From positions 32,832,001 through 32,896,000 of the forward strand of contig CP068257.2 in assembly GCA_009914755.4 (NCBI GenBank): 64,000 bases of DNA, read 5' to 3'. Origin of the DNA: the human T2T-CHM13v2.0 reference genome, Homo sapiens. Both the position numbers and the translations under genes were made by a program. A model generated the notes under the pieces. That model saw nothing but the letters and a program-made list of their open reading frames with translations. It had not been told where the DNA came from and made no database searches. Numbering within the stretch: the stretch's first letter is position 1; every line of letters begins with the position of its first letter. Below, one piece after another: positions 1-12,734 of this stretch.

Positions 1-242
<242 letters not shown>

Positions 243-289
243 TAAAGGAAAAATGCAACCCCAAATCAAAAAGTACGTATTGGCCAAAA

Positions 290-450
290 CCCACACGTAC
301 GCACACACACGTATACAATTTTAAAATCTCAGGTGAGAGGGGTGAGCTGACACTCCACAGGCCATGGCGTGTGCCATCTTGGGTCTGTGCAATGCCTTCT
401 CTTGATAGATGAATGGATACATTGATTCCCTTCTATTTCCATCCACCACT
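290..450. repeat. Copy A of a locally duplicated ~160-bp block. It shares (CA)n-cacgtatacaat..ctcaggtgagaggggtgagct..tgggtct..caatgcc.tctcttgat..atttccat with copy B.
   Basis: Direct comparison with 1048-1212 gives ~80-85% identity by eye over ~160 bp. Confidence 0.6.
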
Positions 451-1047
451 CCAATCTCCACCCCTATAGGTGACCATCAGAATGAGCTTCTTTAATATGC
501 ATTGCTGCATATTGTGGCGTATGGGGTCGCATGTGTGCATTTTGGTTTACCTAAATGGTATCAGGTCATCCAACTCATTCAGTCTCCTTCTTTTTCCTCA
601 TGACTGTGCTTTTGTGGCTCACTTGCGGTGCTGGGTGTGTGCATTCCCTTGCTTCCAATGTTTGTATACAACCCATGGTGAACACCCACTTCTTTTCTCT
701 GCCTTCTCCCCCAGAGATGGACACTGCTGTGGCTGCTGACTCCATAAACAAGGGGGAGACAAATATCCCCATCCTTGACCTCCTATGGACCTAAAAAAAA
801 TCACGCATCTCATACAACTAGTTCCTGGCGGCTTATGCAAGACTAGTCAGACTGGTTGCCCTTGGAAGCAACGTGCAATTGGTGGTCTGTTTCACCACAG
901 AGCATCTCTCTATGAACAGTTACATTCATCTGAATGAAAAATCTATGCTGTCACGTGGTGGACTTCAGAATGTCTAGGGAGATTTCACAGAGAGCTCCCC
1001 TCGAAGAGGCCAGTGCTGTAGCTTGTGCTATGTTTTTCCCTCCCTGC

Positions 1048-1212
1048 CCACACACAGGCACACACACGTACACAATCTTAAAACCTCAGGTGAGAGGGGT
1101 GAGCTCACATGCTCCCTAGTCCATGGTATGTGCCGTCTTGGGTCTACACAATGCCCTCTCTTGATTGAGCAATGGTACATGGATTGCCTTTTATTTCCAT
1201 TCACTACTCTCT
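1048..1212. repeat. Copy B of the locally duplicated ~160-bp block (see 290-450)
   Basis: Same as copy A. The copies start ~760 bp apart and have the same orientation. Confidence 0.6.
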
Positions 1213-1408
1213 GGCTATGCAGAAAGTGACATTTTCCCTATCGTTTAATCTTGATATCACTGTCCCTGTATACTCAGAGTGGGCCTGGGAATTGGAAAAA
1301 TTGTCTCCAAGTAGCTGTAAGATTCTGTCAGGGGTTTGGTTTGCTGTGGAAACCCCATCTAGGTGACCTTGAGATCATTGGTAAGCTGAAAAAAAACAGG
1401 TCTTGTTT

Positions 1409-1416
<8 letters not shown>

Positions 1417-1439
<23 letters not shown>
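1417..1439. repeat. (ATTT)n simple repeat
   Basis: atttatttatttatttatttattt seen directly. Confidence 0.9.
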
Positions 1440-1583
1440 GGTTTGAGCAAATGCCAGCCTCTACCCCCAGTTCCTGCTGGGAAACAAAAGCTCCGAGGCC
1501 AAGTTGTTGATGTCACATTCCAAACTCAAGCCAGAGGGGGCCACTGGGAGCTTATCACACGTAAGTGCTCCCACTCAGTTCTT

Positions 1584-1876
1584 TCTTTTTCTGTTTTATT
1601 GAGACAGGGTCTCACTCTTGTCACTCAGGCTGGAGTACAGTGGCACAATCTTGGCTCACTGCAGCCTCAACCTCCTGGACTCAGGTGATCCTCCTACCCT
1701 ACCCTCCAGAGTAGATGGGACTATAGGTATGCACCACCATGACTGGCTAATTTTCGTATTTTTTGCAGAGGTGAGGTTGCCCTATGTTGCCGAGGCTGGT
1801 CTTGAACTCCTGGGCTTACAGGATCCGCCCACCTCGGCCCCCCAAATTGCTGGGATTACAGGCATGAGCCACCCTG
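1584..1876 (-). mobile_element. Alu SINE (full length, antisense to + strand)
   Basis: Poly-T, then ttgagacagggtctcactcttgtcactcaggctggagt...gggattacaggcatgagccacc, the reverse complement of the Alu consensus. Confidence 0.9.
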
Positions 1877-4179
1877 CTTGTCCCCTGCTCACTTCTTAGG
1901 AGCTTAAAGTAGCTGAGTAGAACATGGCCTGGAGTAGAACATGGCCTCGGGGGGACTGTTGTAACTACAGGTGAAGGATGTATTTGGGAAGACAGTTTAT
2001 GGCCAGAATCGCTATGGAAAGACAAATTCCAACACTTGCCGGGACGGCGCTGTCTTTCCCAGCCAGGATGGGGACTGTGACATTGCACATCATCTTGTGT
2101 AGGACAAATAACCTCAGAAACCTAGCTCCTCTCCAGCTTAGACCCAGAGCTATTTCTTCATTGAATTGGTTTAATTGTAAAACATACCCTGAACCCAGCA
2201 CCAGCTGAAGACATCTGGCACCTTTCCGAGGCCCCTCTTCCTCTACCCATCTCTGAACTGTGGCTGTGTCTCAGAGTTCTGTTACCTGCTCTCTTCTCTT
2301 CCTACTCTCCTCTCTCCCAGGGTGACTGCACCTGCTCCAGGCTCACCTGCATGGCCATGACCCAGGGCTCTCTTTAAGCTCCAGAGCCATGCGTCCAGTG
2401 ACCTGCTAAGGAGATGGTTCCCTTTGGCCATCCCCAGGCTCCTTAAAGTTAACACTCCACCCTGTCCTGTCAGAGACTGGCCCCTGCCTCACTGAGCTGA
2501 GTGGCAACACCACTCACTCCAAAATCTGCATCACTCTCACTGATGACTGCAATCTCATCATGGCAGTTCCCATCTTGAAGGCCTTCCTTGGCTCCTCCCT
2601 GCCTTCAGGGTGAAACTCCTGGTCTTCTGCATGGATACAGGCCCTAAATTTGAGAGTCTATGCATCCCTCTCCAATTCCACTGTTGCCACTGTGCCCAGA
2701 CCCTATGCTCCATGGTCCCTGCTGGCCCCAGAGCCTCTACACATTGTGCGTCTCCAGCTCAGACTGCGCCTTCTTCTTGGCCCATGAAACTTCTCAGCAA
2801 TGCCTACTCATGCTTAAAATTCAGCCCAGCTCTCACCTCCTTCCCGAAGCCTGCTCTGATACATGGGGCTGGATCAGCACTGTGCACACCATGACCCCTG
2901 CTAACCTCATCATGGTCAGGATCTCCAGGCCCCTTATCCCATCCCTGCCCTGCCATCCAGCCTGGTGCTGGGCACACAACCACACAGGAGCTGCCCATGA
3001 ATGTTTATCGAATAGATGCCACCAGAACTTAATACCTTTTGACCAGTGGGGCTTGACTCTTTATAACCTGCTTACTCCAATGAACAGATGCCAATGAGCT
3101 GTCTCCGAAGCTCTAACTGACTCCCTTTTCCAGAAGGGCAGTCATCTCCCACCCTGAACCACAGTCTCAGAAGGCAGGAGTGAGGAGCAGAAAGAGCTCA
3201 GATTTTGGGATTCCACTGCCGCCACAGGTTTGGATTCTAGCTTTGCTACTTCCTGGCCACATGATCCTGGACAGTTTCCTTAGAATTGTTCAGTCAAGTT
3301 TTTTTTTTTTTTCTTTCCAAAGTAGCGAGAAACACCACTGACATTTGCGGGCTGTTGAATCCCTGAGCAGGTGTGTAGAGTGGCTGACAGCATGTGGCAC
3401 ATGGCAGGTGCACACTCAGTGGTCCTGGGTAGGAGTTTATTGGTTTTTCTACCTCATTAAGAAATTGCTGCCCAAGCATTTGGGGCTTTGGGGGTTTAGG
3501 CTTGGCTTTCCTGTGGCTGACCATGGCGGCTGTCTTCTCTACGTTGTGGAGAGATCAGACATGAATGAGAATCAAAGATTGTTTGTGGCCTTTCCTGGTT
3601 TCTAGGCTTTTGAGTCTGTGCAGAGATCTGTCAGGGGTTAAGCTGCCTGGGCTCAAGAGATTCAGGTCCTTGTTCTTGTACAAAACTAGCATTTAGCCCC
3701 ATTCTAACCATCGGGGTAGGCAGGAATTGTTTGGTAACAGATCCAAACTCAACGCTCAACCATTTCTTTTTAAATGACCCGAAACCACTTATGAATGCAT
3801 AAAACCCTGCCCCAGAAAACAGACAGACCTGGACCTGATACTATGATGTAATTTCCAAAAACCCAGAATGATCACAATTGGCAAATAATTCTGCCACCAA
3901 TCACTGTTAGAGAGTCTTTCCAACTTCATGACCATGTGAGGGTAGAATTATGGCAGGCGACATTTGAAGATCCACAAGTTAATTGGTTTAAAACTGATAA
4001 ATCCATACAGCAAATTAAGAGTTACATCTGCAATTAATTCATAATAGTGAGTTCACTGAGAAGGCTTGTTACTTAGATCCAGATGGACTTTCTTATGTCC
4101 AAAGAAGCAACCAAAAACATCTGCTTTGAAAACCTCCCAAGCCCAAACCATCCTCAGCCTTGTTCTTTAGAATGCTTTA

Positions 4180-4605
<426 letters not shown>

Positions 4606-5444
4606 CTATTGGAATCACCGGGGGAGCTTTTAGAAAATAATGGTTCCTGGATCTCACCCCTAGAGATTTTAATGTCTTTGGTCTGGGTTCCTGCCTGACT
4701 CAGAGACTTTTTAGAAACCTCCCAAATGATCCTAATTTGTAGCCAAGATTGAGAACCACTGGGCTGTGGTGTGGGACCCTAGGAAAATGACCAATGGCCT
4801 TTTGTGCTGCAGGGTACCTGGAAGAATTTTGCAAAAATATAGAAATATGATCTCACTGACTGTTTTTCAAATCTTGTTTGTTTTTTACATTTTCTTTTTT
4901 GGCCTTGTTTGCCTCTGATACAGTCTGAAAAGAAATTGCAGAAAGAAACTCTCCAGTCTTCAGTGTAACCTCAGCTGTCCCCAGTCTCACACACGCTGGT
5001 GCCTTCAATTACAATTCTCCTGTCAGAGCTTAAGTCCGGCTAATTAACTGCCTTTCAAATGACAACCCTATATTTTTAAAGAATTTTTTAAAAACTTCAC
5101 ATGTAATTTATTGCATTGCTTTTGCTAAATGTCCTCCACACCCCCAATGCCTGCTAGGCTGGGTCGCCATGGTATTTTTGTGTAACGAGTCTCAAAATGA
5201 GTTTGGCAATGTCTTCGTAATAGTCAGCATGGTGTAAATGACAGTCTGGATCTGCATGTCATTTGGGATTTTATATCAGATTCTCTAGGTTCATTTCTAT
5301 GATACGTGATGCCAAAGCACCCACATGCTCCGTGGCTGCACTTTCAGACAGTTGGACTCAAACAGAGTGGGAGAGCAACTGATCCAACAATCTGAATTTT
5401 CAGAAAACGGGGCTCCTTAGAGATGAGATGGCTTGCCAAAAGTA

Positions 5445-5757
5445 GTCTCTCCTATCAGAAGTACATATCCTCAGCAAACTAACACAGGAGCAGAAAACCA
5501 AACACCGCATATTCTCACTTATAAGTGGGAGCTGAACAGTGAGAACACATGGACACAGGGAGGGGAACAACACACACTGGGGCTTGTCGGGGAAAGGTGG
5601 GTGGGGAAGAGCATTAGGGAAAAGAGCTAATGCATGCTGGGCTTAACACCTAGATGATGGGTTGACAGGTGCCGCAAACCATCATGGCACATGTTTATGT
5701 CTGTAACAAACCTGCACATCCTGCACATGTTCCCTGGAACTTAAAAAAAAAAAAAAA
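5445..5757 (+). mobile_element. L1 (LINE-1) 3' end fragment (ORF2 C-terminus + 3'UTR + poly-A)
   Basis: ctcagcaaactaacacaggagcagaaaaccaaacaccgcatattctcacttataagtgggagctgaacagtgagaacacatggacacagggagggg...taacaaacctgcacat...ggaacttaaaaaaaaaaaaaaa matches the L1 3' end. Confidence 0.88.
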
Positions 5758-6939
5758 GAAACAAAAACAACCAACCAAAAATATATCTAAAATGTCATCT
5801 GTTAGCAATTGACTCACATATTATTAGTATAGAAAAGAGCAATTCCCAGGACCTTGTACAGAGGAAGCAGGCTCAAAACAGCTGAGGAATAGGCCACTTT
5901 TATCAGATAGCATTGGATCCATGCACATGGGGGTTGGCTTCTTACCTAAATATGCCATCAGAAATCATCCTTGTTCCTGTCCCCTCAGCTTTTGTAGCTT
6001 GCACAGTGAGTAAAGGGATGGTGGAGGCAGAAATGGTAGGAGCCAGAGATGTTCAAAATCCATCTGATGCTTGGCCTGTGCTGAACGTTCTCAAACTGTG
6101 GCCTTGTCAGGCCCAGAAAGTGGGGTGGATTCCTGGCCGTTTCTGCTTCTGCCTGGGTGTGAGATGTGAATGCTGCCCCTACTGAAGGGTAGTGCAATTT
6201 TTTTTTTTTCTTAAAAGCTTAGACCCAGAGCTGCTAATCTACTGGAAATCACTCAGGACACAGGGCTCTGGGCAGCTGCGCTGAGCGAGACACCTGCAAA
6301 TGGAGACCAACGGGGCCTCCAGCACCCTGGAGTTCCGTAAGGCCCCCAGCTGAACCCAGGGGAGAAGAGGGCAGTGGGTGGCGCCTCGCTGCTCTGGGCA
6401 CACACCACCTCTTCTGACTTCTCCCACGTGCTCCGGCTGTGTCGCCTATCAGCACTGATAACAGCCTGGAAGCTTTCAGAACAGAAGCTTTCCCAGCATG
6501 GGAAACTCTCATTCTTTCTTTTTTTTAATTTTCCAAAGCCTTTATTTCTAAGACCAACTGTGGCCTACCCGTGCATAAACTGGGCAGGCTGTAGACAGCA
6601 GGCTTGCCAAGTAAATACTACAGCCTTCCTCCCAATATTGAGCCCTGTCCCATTGATCCTGCAGGGGAGATGTGTAGGGCATTTGTTCACGGGGAGGCCA
6701 CAAGTTTGGGCCTCTCATCACTGTGACCTCAGACCCCTGTTGAGTGTGTCGTAAACAGAGGAGCCGTTCTTCAAGCCCCCTGCCCTGAGTGCACCCCTCT
6801 CATTCTTTTGTTATTATTAGCAAATTCCCCCAGTTCCTGATCATTCTTTCTTAAGCCTTTAGTGACTGGGTAAGGTTCTTGTGGCTGACTCCAAGCTTTC
6901 TTCTAAAAGGAATAGATTCTAGGGGTGAGTAGAGGAGAC

Positions 6940-7050
6940 AGGAATGTCGGAGTCAGAGCTCAGGAATCTGGGTTCCAGCCCCAGGTCAATCCTAGATAAA
7001 CTAGAGGGCTCCTTAACTTACTTCCCTAGGTTGACTCTGGGTTTTTTTTA
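6940..7050 (+). repeat. Possible MIR SINE 5' portion (diverged)
   Basis: agtcagagctcaggaatctgggttccagccccaggtc...ttaacttacttccctagg resembles MIR gacctgggttcgaatcc..gccacttactagc, with a weak match. Confidence 0.35.
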
Positions 7051-7749
7051 TCACGCTCGACAGGACTCCTTATGCATTTCTTCGAAAGAGCATCCAGTCT
7101 TAACATCATCATTTGGCCTCATTTGGTTTAAGAAGCAGAATTAGGGTAAAAGCAATGATGGATAAGCCTCATTTTGGTGAATATGATCTTATTGAGACAA
7201 GAATTCTGAGTCAATTGTCCTTGGAACCAACTGTCTATTGTTTTCATCTTTATCACAACACTATGTCCAAATTTTGGAAACATGTTTCCCTCCTAGCAGA
7301 AAAGAAGCCACCCAGGGCCACCAGATGCTTCCAGACACTTGGCTGGCTTTGTCTGGTCTTCTATCCTTCCCCTATCCCCAGAGTCAGTGGGTACTAAGGT
7401 GGCCAGGGTCGCTCAAGGAATCAGAATGCAACCGTCCAGAGGCCCAGAATCAGACTGTCCTCTCTGATTAGGAAAGTGTTTCCTGCCACCTCCCAGGGGG
7501 ATGTGGGGTGTGGCTTGAGTCTGGTGCTTTTACCAGGAGCTTCCCAGACCTCTCTATGGGTGATGGAGAGAGAGTCTGGGGTGTGAAGGATGGAAATATA
7601 AACACTGAATACTCAGAGAGTCAGGCCAGCGAGCTGGTGAGGAGACTCCATCAAACTCAATATGAAAACATGGGTGGGCGTTTGGGGATGGATAATGAAT
7701 GACAGCTGAAGTCACACATCAGGAGGGAAGGAAGGACTCTCATCTTCAG

Positions 7750-7830
7750 CAAATGACATAAATCTGGGGAGCCTCAGTTTCCTCACCTGAACAGTGAGAA
7801 TGATGGAATCTACCCTGAGTATATATCCCA
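7750..7830 (+). repeat. MIR SINE core fragment
   Basis: gcctcagtttcctcacctgaacagtgagaatgatggaatctaccc resembles the MIR core gcctcagtttcctcatctgtaaaatgggg. Confidence 0.5.
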
Positions 7831-7878
7831 GGTCTTTGTGCAGCATGGAATCAGCCCCCAGCCTTCCTAGCTCTTGCT

Positions 7879-8177
7879 TTATTTTATTTTATTTTAGAGA
7901 CCAAGCCTCGCTCTGTCACTCAGGCTGGAGTGCAGTGGCGCGATCTTGACTTACTACAACCTCCTCCGCCTCCTGGGTTCAAGTGATTCTCCTGCCTCAG
8001 CCTCCTAAGTAGTTGGGTTTACAGGTGCATGCCACTATGCCTGGCTAATTTTTGTATTTTTAGTAGAGACGGGGTTTCACCATGTTGCCCAGGCTCAACA
8101 TGCCTGGGCTGAAGCGATCCGCCTGCCTTGGCCTCCCAAAGTGCTAGGATTACAGGTGTGAGCCACCGTGCCTGGCC
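7879..8177 (-). mobile_element. Alu SINE (antisense). Probable TSD is CTCTTG(C/T)TTT.
   Basis: ttttattttattttagagaccaagcctcgctctgtcactcaggctggagtgcagtggcg...gctaggattacaggtgtgagccaccgtgcctggcc. Confidence 0.9.
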
Positions 8178-8707
8178 TCTTGTTTTATGTTTGCTGTTCT
8201 CGCTGTAGGTGAGGCATTCCCACCATATTCCCTTGTTAAAATCCTACTGGCCCTTCAAATGCCAGCTCATATCCACACTGTGTCTGACCCTGATCCAGAA
8301 TCCTCTCCCCTTCTTTGACCCCTTGTATATATCTTTCCTACAGTGCTGGTCATATTCTAACTTCTAATCATTTGTAGACTTATCTGGGCATTTTCTCCCA
8401 GGAGGTCCCAAAGGACAGAGACCATCTTGCTCACCTTTGTCCCCACTCCAGCACCCAGAATGTTTCAATAAGGTTTTCCTGAATTAAGTGGGAAGGAAAG
8501 TATTAGATTCAATACCACTACAATGGGAAAGTGAGTGAATAATTGATAAAGTATACTATGCTCTGGAAATAGATTATTGAGTAATCAGAGGAAAACCTCT
8601 TGCAATGTAGTATGTTTTTATATATTAAATTTTATATTATTTATTTATATTTATATTATTAACATATTTTTGTTATTCATTTTGTTTATTAAGATTTACT
8701 CTCTCTA

Positions 8708-8745
8708 TATATATATGTGTGTGTGTGTGCGCGTGTGTGTGTGTG
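8708..8745. repeat. (TA)n(TG)n simple repeat inside an AT-rich low-complexity block (~8600-8760)
   Basis: atatatatgtgtgtgtgtgtgcgcgtgtgtgtgtgtgt. Confidence 0.9.
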
Positions 8746-9204
8746 TAACCCACCTTATTTCTAAAAAAAAATTTTGGCAGTCAGTGACTATTAATAGTAG
8801 AGCACAAACTCTTAACCTTTTTTTCCTCCCGCTTTCCCAGAGTCCTTATCACCTTCTAATATAATAAAGTTTTCTTAACTGTGATGTTGATTGTTCAACG
8901 TTTGTCTTTCCCACCAAAATGTAAGCTATTGCGGGCAGGGATCTTTGCATGGGTTGTTCTTCATTGCATCCCAGGCCACTAGAACAGTGTGTGGCATATG
9001 GCAGGAGTGCAATAAACATTCAGCGAATGCAGGCAGGCATGCGTGAACGCATGAATAATAAGTGTTCCTTTCAACTACCAGAAAGAGCGAAACCACACAG
9101 GAGCTGTCTCACCCTCAGAGATTTAAGACGACAGCAATGAGTCCCTCTGATGTCTTCTAAGTGAGCTTTATTTTCAAAACAAATCATTTTCCAATAACCT
9201 ATCA

Positions 9205-9441
<237 letters not shown>

Positions 9442-10087
9442 TTAATGGAGCTGGAACCTCCTTCTTAATCTAAATGTGGACTCAAATGAACTGTCAATTC
9501 ACATAGAGCAATGTGACAAATCCGGGGGGCAAAGCATTATGCAATAGATTGGGCACATGCGCACGTCTCTGCTACTTAGTCAACTTTCTTCTAAAGTTTC
9601 CCACTTTTCCCATTACCACAATCAAGATCAGATATCAGTAATATTCTCCGCGTCCCATGCCCTTTCCTCAGGGAGATGCCAAGGCCCAAGAGCTGGTCCC
9701 CCCAAAAAGCTGAAGGTCTTTGAAAAAAAGTGGGGACTCAGGTCCCGTGAGTGGTTTTGATTTTCTTTTCTTTTGAAAGTTGCATGTAAGTGTTTTCCAA
9801 ATACTATACAAGAATGTCTATAACTTAATAATGGAGGAATGTTTTCGTTGTTCTGTGTTGGTGAGATGCTTTCCTATGCGTTTGTTGTATAAGTAAGTGA
9901 GAATGGCAGAAGGAAAGGAGGGGAGAGGCTGATCATCCTATCCCGTCTCCCACTCTGGGGGTCTCGGCGCTTCCAGCCTGAAGCGCGCCCGCTGCGCGTC
10001 CGGAGACGCAGGTTCCAGGAGCCCCCCGGGGTTGCCCGACTAGGCCACTTGCGCCCCGGAAGAGGGCCGCGGAGGTGGGAGCCCCTA

Positions 10088-10097
10088 ACTTACCCGG
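10088..10097 (-). other. KCNE1: Minus-strand 5' splice donor: exon ...CTCAGACCCGG | GTAAGTtagggg. The last exon base is 10094 and GTAAGT occupies 10093-10088.
   Basis: It is a perfect GTAAGT hexamer, read on the gene's strand inside the CpG island. Confidence 0.55.
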
Positions 10098-10456
10098 GTC
10101 TGAGATGCCGAGAGAGCCGGGTGTGGAGCTGAGTGCGCGCCTGCCGAGCGCTGAGGCCACAGACAGCCCCGCCCCGGGGCGGCACCTTCTAAGGGCCTGA
10201 GCGCTGCACAGGGATGGGGGCGGGCGGGGCCTCCCAGAGCCGCCAGGCGTCCCGCCCCACTCCGCCCACACGCACGGCCCAGCCCAGGGTTCCCCGGGAC
10301 CACCCCAGACCAGCCCCGGCCCCCCCGGGTCCTCCACACTCTGCACCCCAGACCAACACCAACGCGCGTAGGGAAGCGTTTTAGATCCTGTCGGAGAGGC
10401 TCAAGGCCGGCAGAAGGTTTGCATTAGGATCGAGAAAGCCGACCAACGGACAGATC

Positions 10457-10467
10457 TACCTACCTTC
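10457..10467 (-). other. KCNE1: Second minus-strand 5' splice-donor match: ...CCCGCAGGAAG | GTAGGTag. The last exon base is 10464.
   Basis: AAG|GTAGGT matches MAG|GTRAGT at 8 of 9 positions. It sits at the upstream edge of the CpG island on the gene strand. Confidence 0.4.
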
Positions 10468-11203
10468 CTGCGGGAGTTTGAGGTTGCCAGGGGGGAAGCC
10501 ACTGCAGCCAGGAGAAAGGCCGTCTGGGAACCACCCCACCCTTGGACGTGCGGGCCTTCAAATATCTCTGAACATAATCCTCCAAAGACCGCTCAACCTC
10601 CGCTCCCGACGACTCTTTCTAGCCTCGTCCCGCACCCCAGCTGTGGCCACACACCTATTAGGCAAACATTTATGAAGCACCCACTTACTGGGTGTGCAGC
10701 CCTGAGCTGGGGGTGCAGCTGTGGACCAGACAGGAGGGGGCCCGGAGCGGCAGACAGTCGCTGGAGGCACCCGAGCCTTGGCGAGCACACCCTAACGTCC
10801 TTGGGGCCTTTCAGCCCGAGCCGTCCTTGTCCAGAGAGCAAACCATGCAATGATGCAGGTGACTTCCCAGCAAATTTCATAGCGTTGCTCACCAGCTTGG
10901 CAGGCAAGAGGAGAAGGGGCAGTCCCCAAAAGACAATCCCATGAACCTTCTAGGGAATGACGTCCAGGCTCCAGGCTCCTGCTCTGCAGGCGGGTCGCAG
11001 AGGCAGGTTCCTGACCTAGGACTAGAAGACATTCTCTAGGGTCACTGCCTCCATGGTCTTCCTTGGCAGGTCACTTCTTCCTGGGCTTCGACCTCGGTGT
11101 TCTCATGGGGACGAGGGTGATTGGAGGCCCTCCAAGGGGTGCACCGATGTGTCCTGTGCACCAGGCAGAACCAGCATTGCCCTACAGTGTGGGTGCAAAA
11201 TGA

Positions 11204-11679
<476 letters not shown>

Positions 11680-11783
11680 TAGAATCTAAACATCCAAAAA
11701 TAGAAAATATAGGTAATTAAATTGTAGTACATATGATATTATTCTACATAGTAGAATATTATGTGGAGTCCTTAAAATGTTTA

Positions 11784-12110
<327 letters not shown>

Positions 12111-12358
12111 CCCAACAGGGGAGATCTTTATATTATCATGTTACGTGAAAAATACAAAAACAGAAAACAAAACAAAAACCCCACAAAACTCAAGGCCTTA
12201 AATTGTAAATATGAGATGCCAGGCATTATTCCCAAAATCTATAAGGAAGCACACCAACCACCATGTTAACATTGTCTATTAGTGGTAGGCCTATTGGAGA
12301 TTTATTATCTTATTTATGCTACTTCATGTTTTCCTTCCTTTTTTGTTTTGCAACAACT

Positions 12359-12734
12359 CTGTATTAGTCTGTTCTCACACTGTTATAAAGAACTGCCTGA
12401 AACTGGGTAATTTATAAAGGAAAAAGTCTTAATTGATTCACAGTTCAGCATGGCTGAGGCCTCAGGAACTTACAATCATGGCCGAAGGGGAAGCAAACAT
12501 GTCCTTCTTTACATGGCAGCAGGAGAGAGAAGTGCAGAGCAAAGTGGAAGGAAAAGCCCCGTATAAAACCATCAGATCTCGTGAGAACTCACTCATTATC
12601 ATGAAAACAGCATGGAAGAACCGCCTCCATGATCCAATCACTTCCCACAAAGTCCCTCCTGCAACATGTGGGGATTACAATTTGGATTACAATTCAAGAT
12701 GAGATTTGGGTGGGGACACAGCCAAACCATATCA
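12359..12734 (-). mobile_element. THE1-type MaLR solo LTR (~375 bp). The LTR sense strand is the minus strand, the same orientation as KCNE1.
   Basis: The plus strand reads tgtattagtctgttctcacactg...gggtaatttataaagg...cacagttcagcatggctgaggcctcaggaa...ccatcagatctcgtgagaactcactcattatcatga...gggattacaatttggattacaattcaagatgagatttgggtggggacacagccaaaccatatca. This is the reverse complement of the THE1 consensus (TGATATGGTTTGGCTGTGTCCCCACCCAAATCTCATCTTGAATTGTA...ACTAATACA) as I recall it. Confidence 0.7.

Larger units (their letters stand above)
9930..10800 (-). promoter_or_regulatory. KCNE1: CpG island / GC-box-rich promoter region. It is the candidate KCNE1 promoter and holds the non-coding first exon(s). 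The densest CpG is at 9950-10400.
   Basis: Very high CpG density (tcggcgcttc...gcgcgcccgctgcgcgtccgg...gccgcgg). There are multiple Sp1-type GC boxes (ccccgcccc at ~10170, gggggcgggcgggg at ~10216, cccgcccc at ~10251). It lies ~10 kb upstream (gene sense) of the coding exon, and splice donors are embedded (see next two features). Confidence 0.7.

Noticed and set aside
1404-1440. Regularly spaced short repeats ((ATTT)n, also (TG)n at 8708-8745, (CT)n at 61994-62025)
   Set aside because: These are simple microsatellites. They are not CRISPR arrays, which are irrelevant in a human sequence anyway because the repeats have no spacers of unique sequence.
1251-1688. 145-aa ORF and many similar 60-115-aa ORFs in the track (e.g. 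4177-4470, 11210-11473, 11341-11682, 11781-12071, 30638-30886, 36035-36337, 41423-41744, 55596-55941, 58549-59221)
   Set aside because: They are translations of Alu elements (the recurring ...[29 protein letters not shown]... / ...[30 protein letters not shown]... peptides are sense and antisense Alu frames), not genes.
2660-3097. 145-aa plus-strand ORF in unique/MIR-like sequence
   Set aside because: It has no similarity to any protein I know and no splice or start signals. The region ends with a MIR-like tail motif (cctggtgctgggcacacaa...gaatgtttatcgaatagatg) and looks like ancient repeat-derived intron.
6249-6512. 87-aa minus ORF and 126-aa plus ORF (6374-6754) overlapping the GC-rich patch
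   Set aside because: Overlapping opposite-strand ORFs in a GC-rich patch are compositional. They are kept only as a possible non-coding exon/regulatory site in the findings.
9933-10346. 137-aa and 84-aa minus-strand ORFs (and 10593-10907, 104 aa) in the CpG island
   Set aside because: They are Gly/Pro/Arg/Ala-rich low-complexity translations of very GC-rich DNA. KCNE1's protein is entirely encoded in the exon at 1-190, and open frames are expected by chance where stop codons (AT-rich) are depleted.
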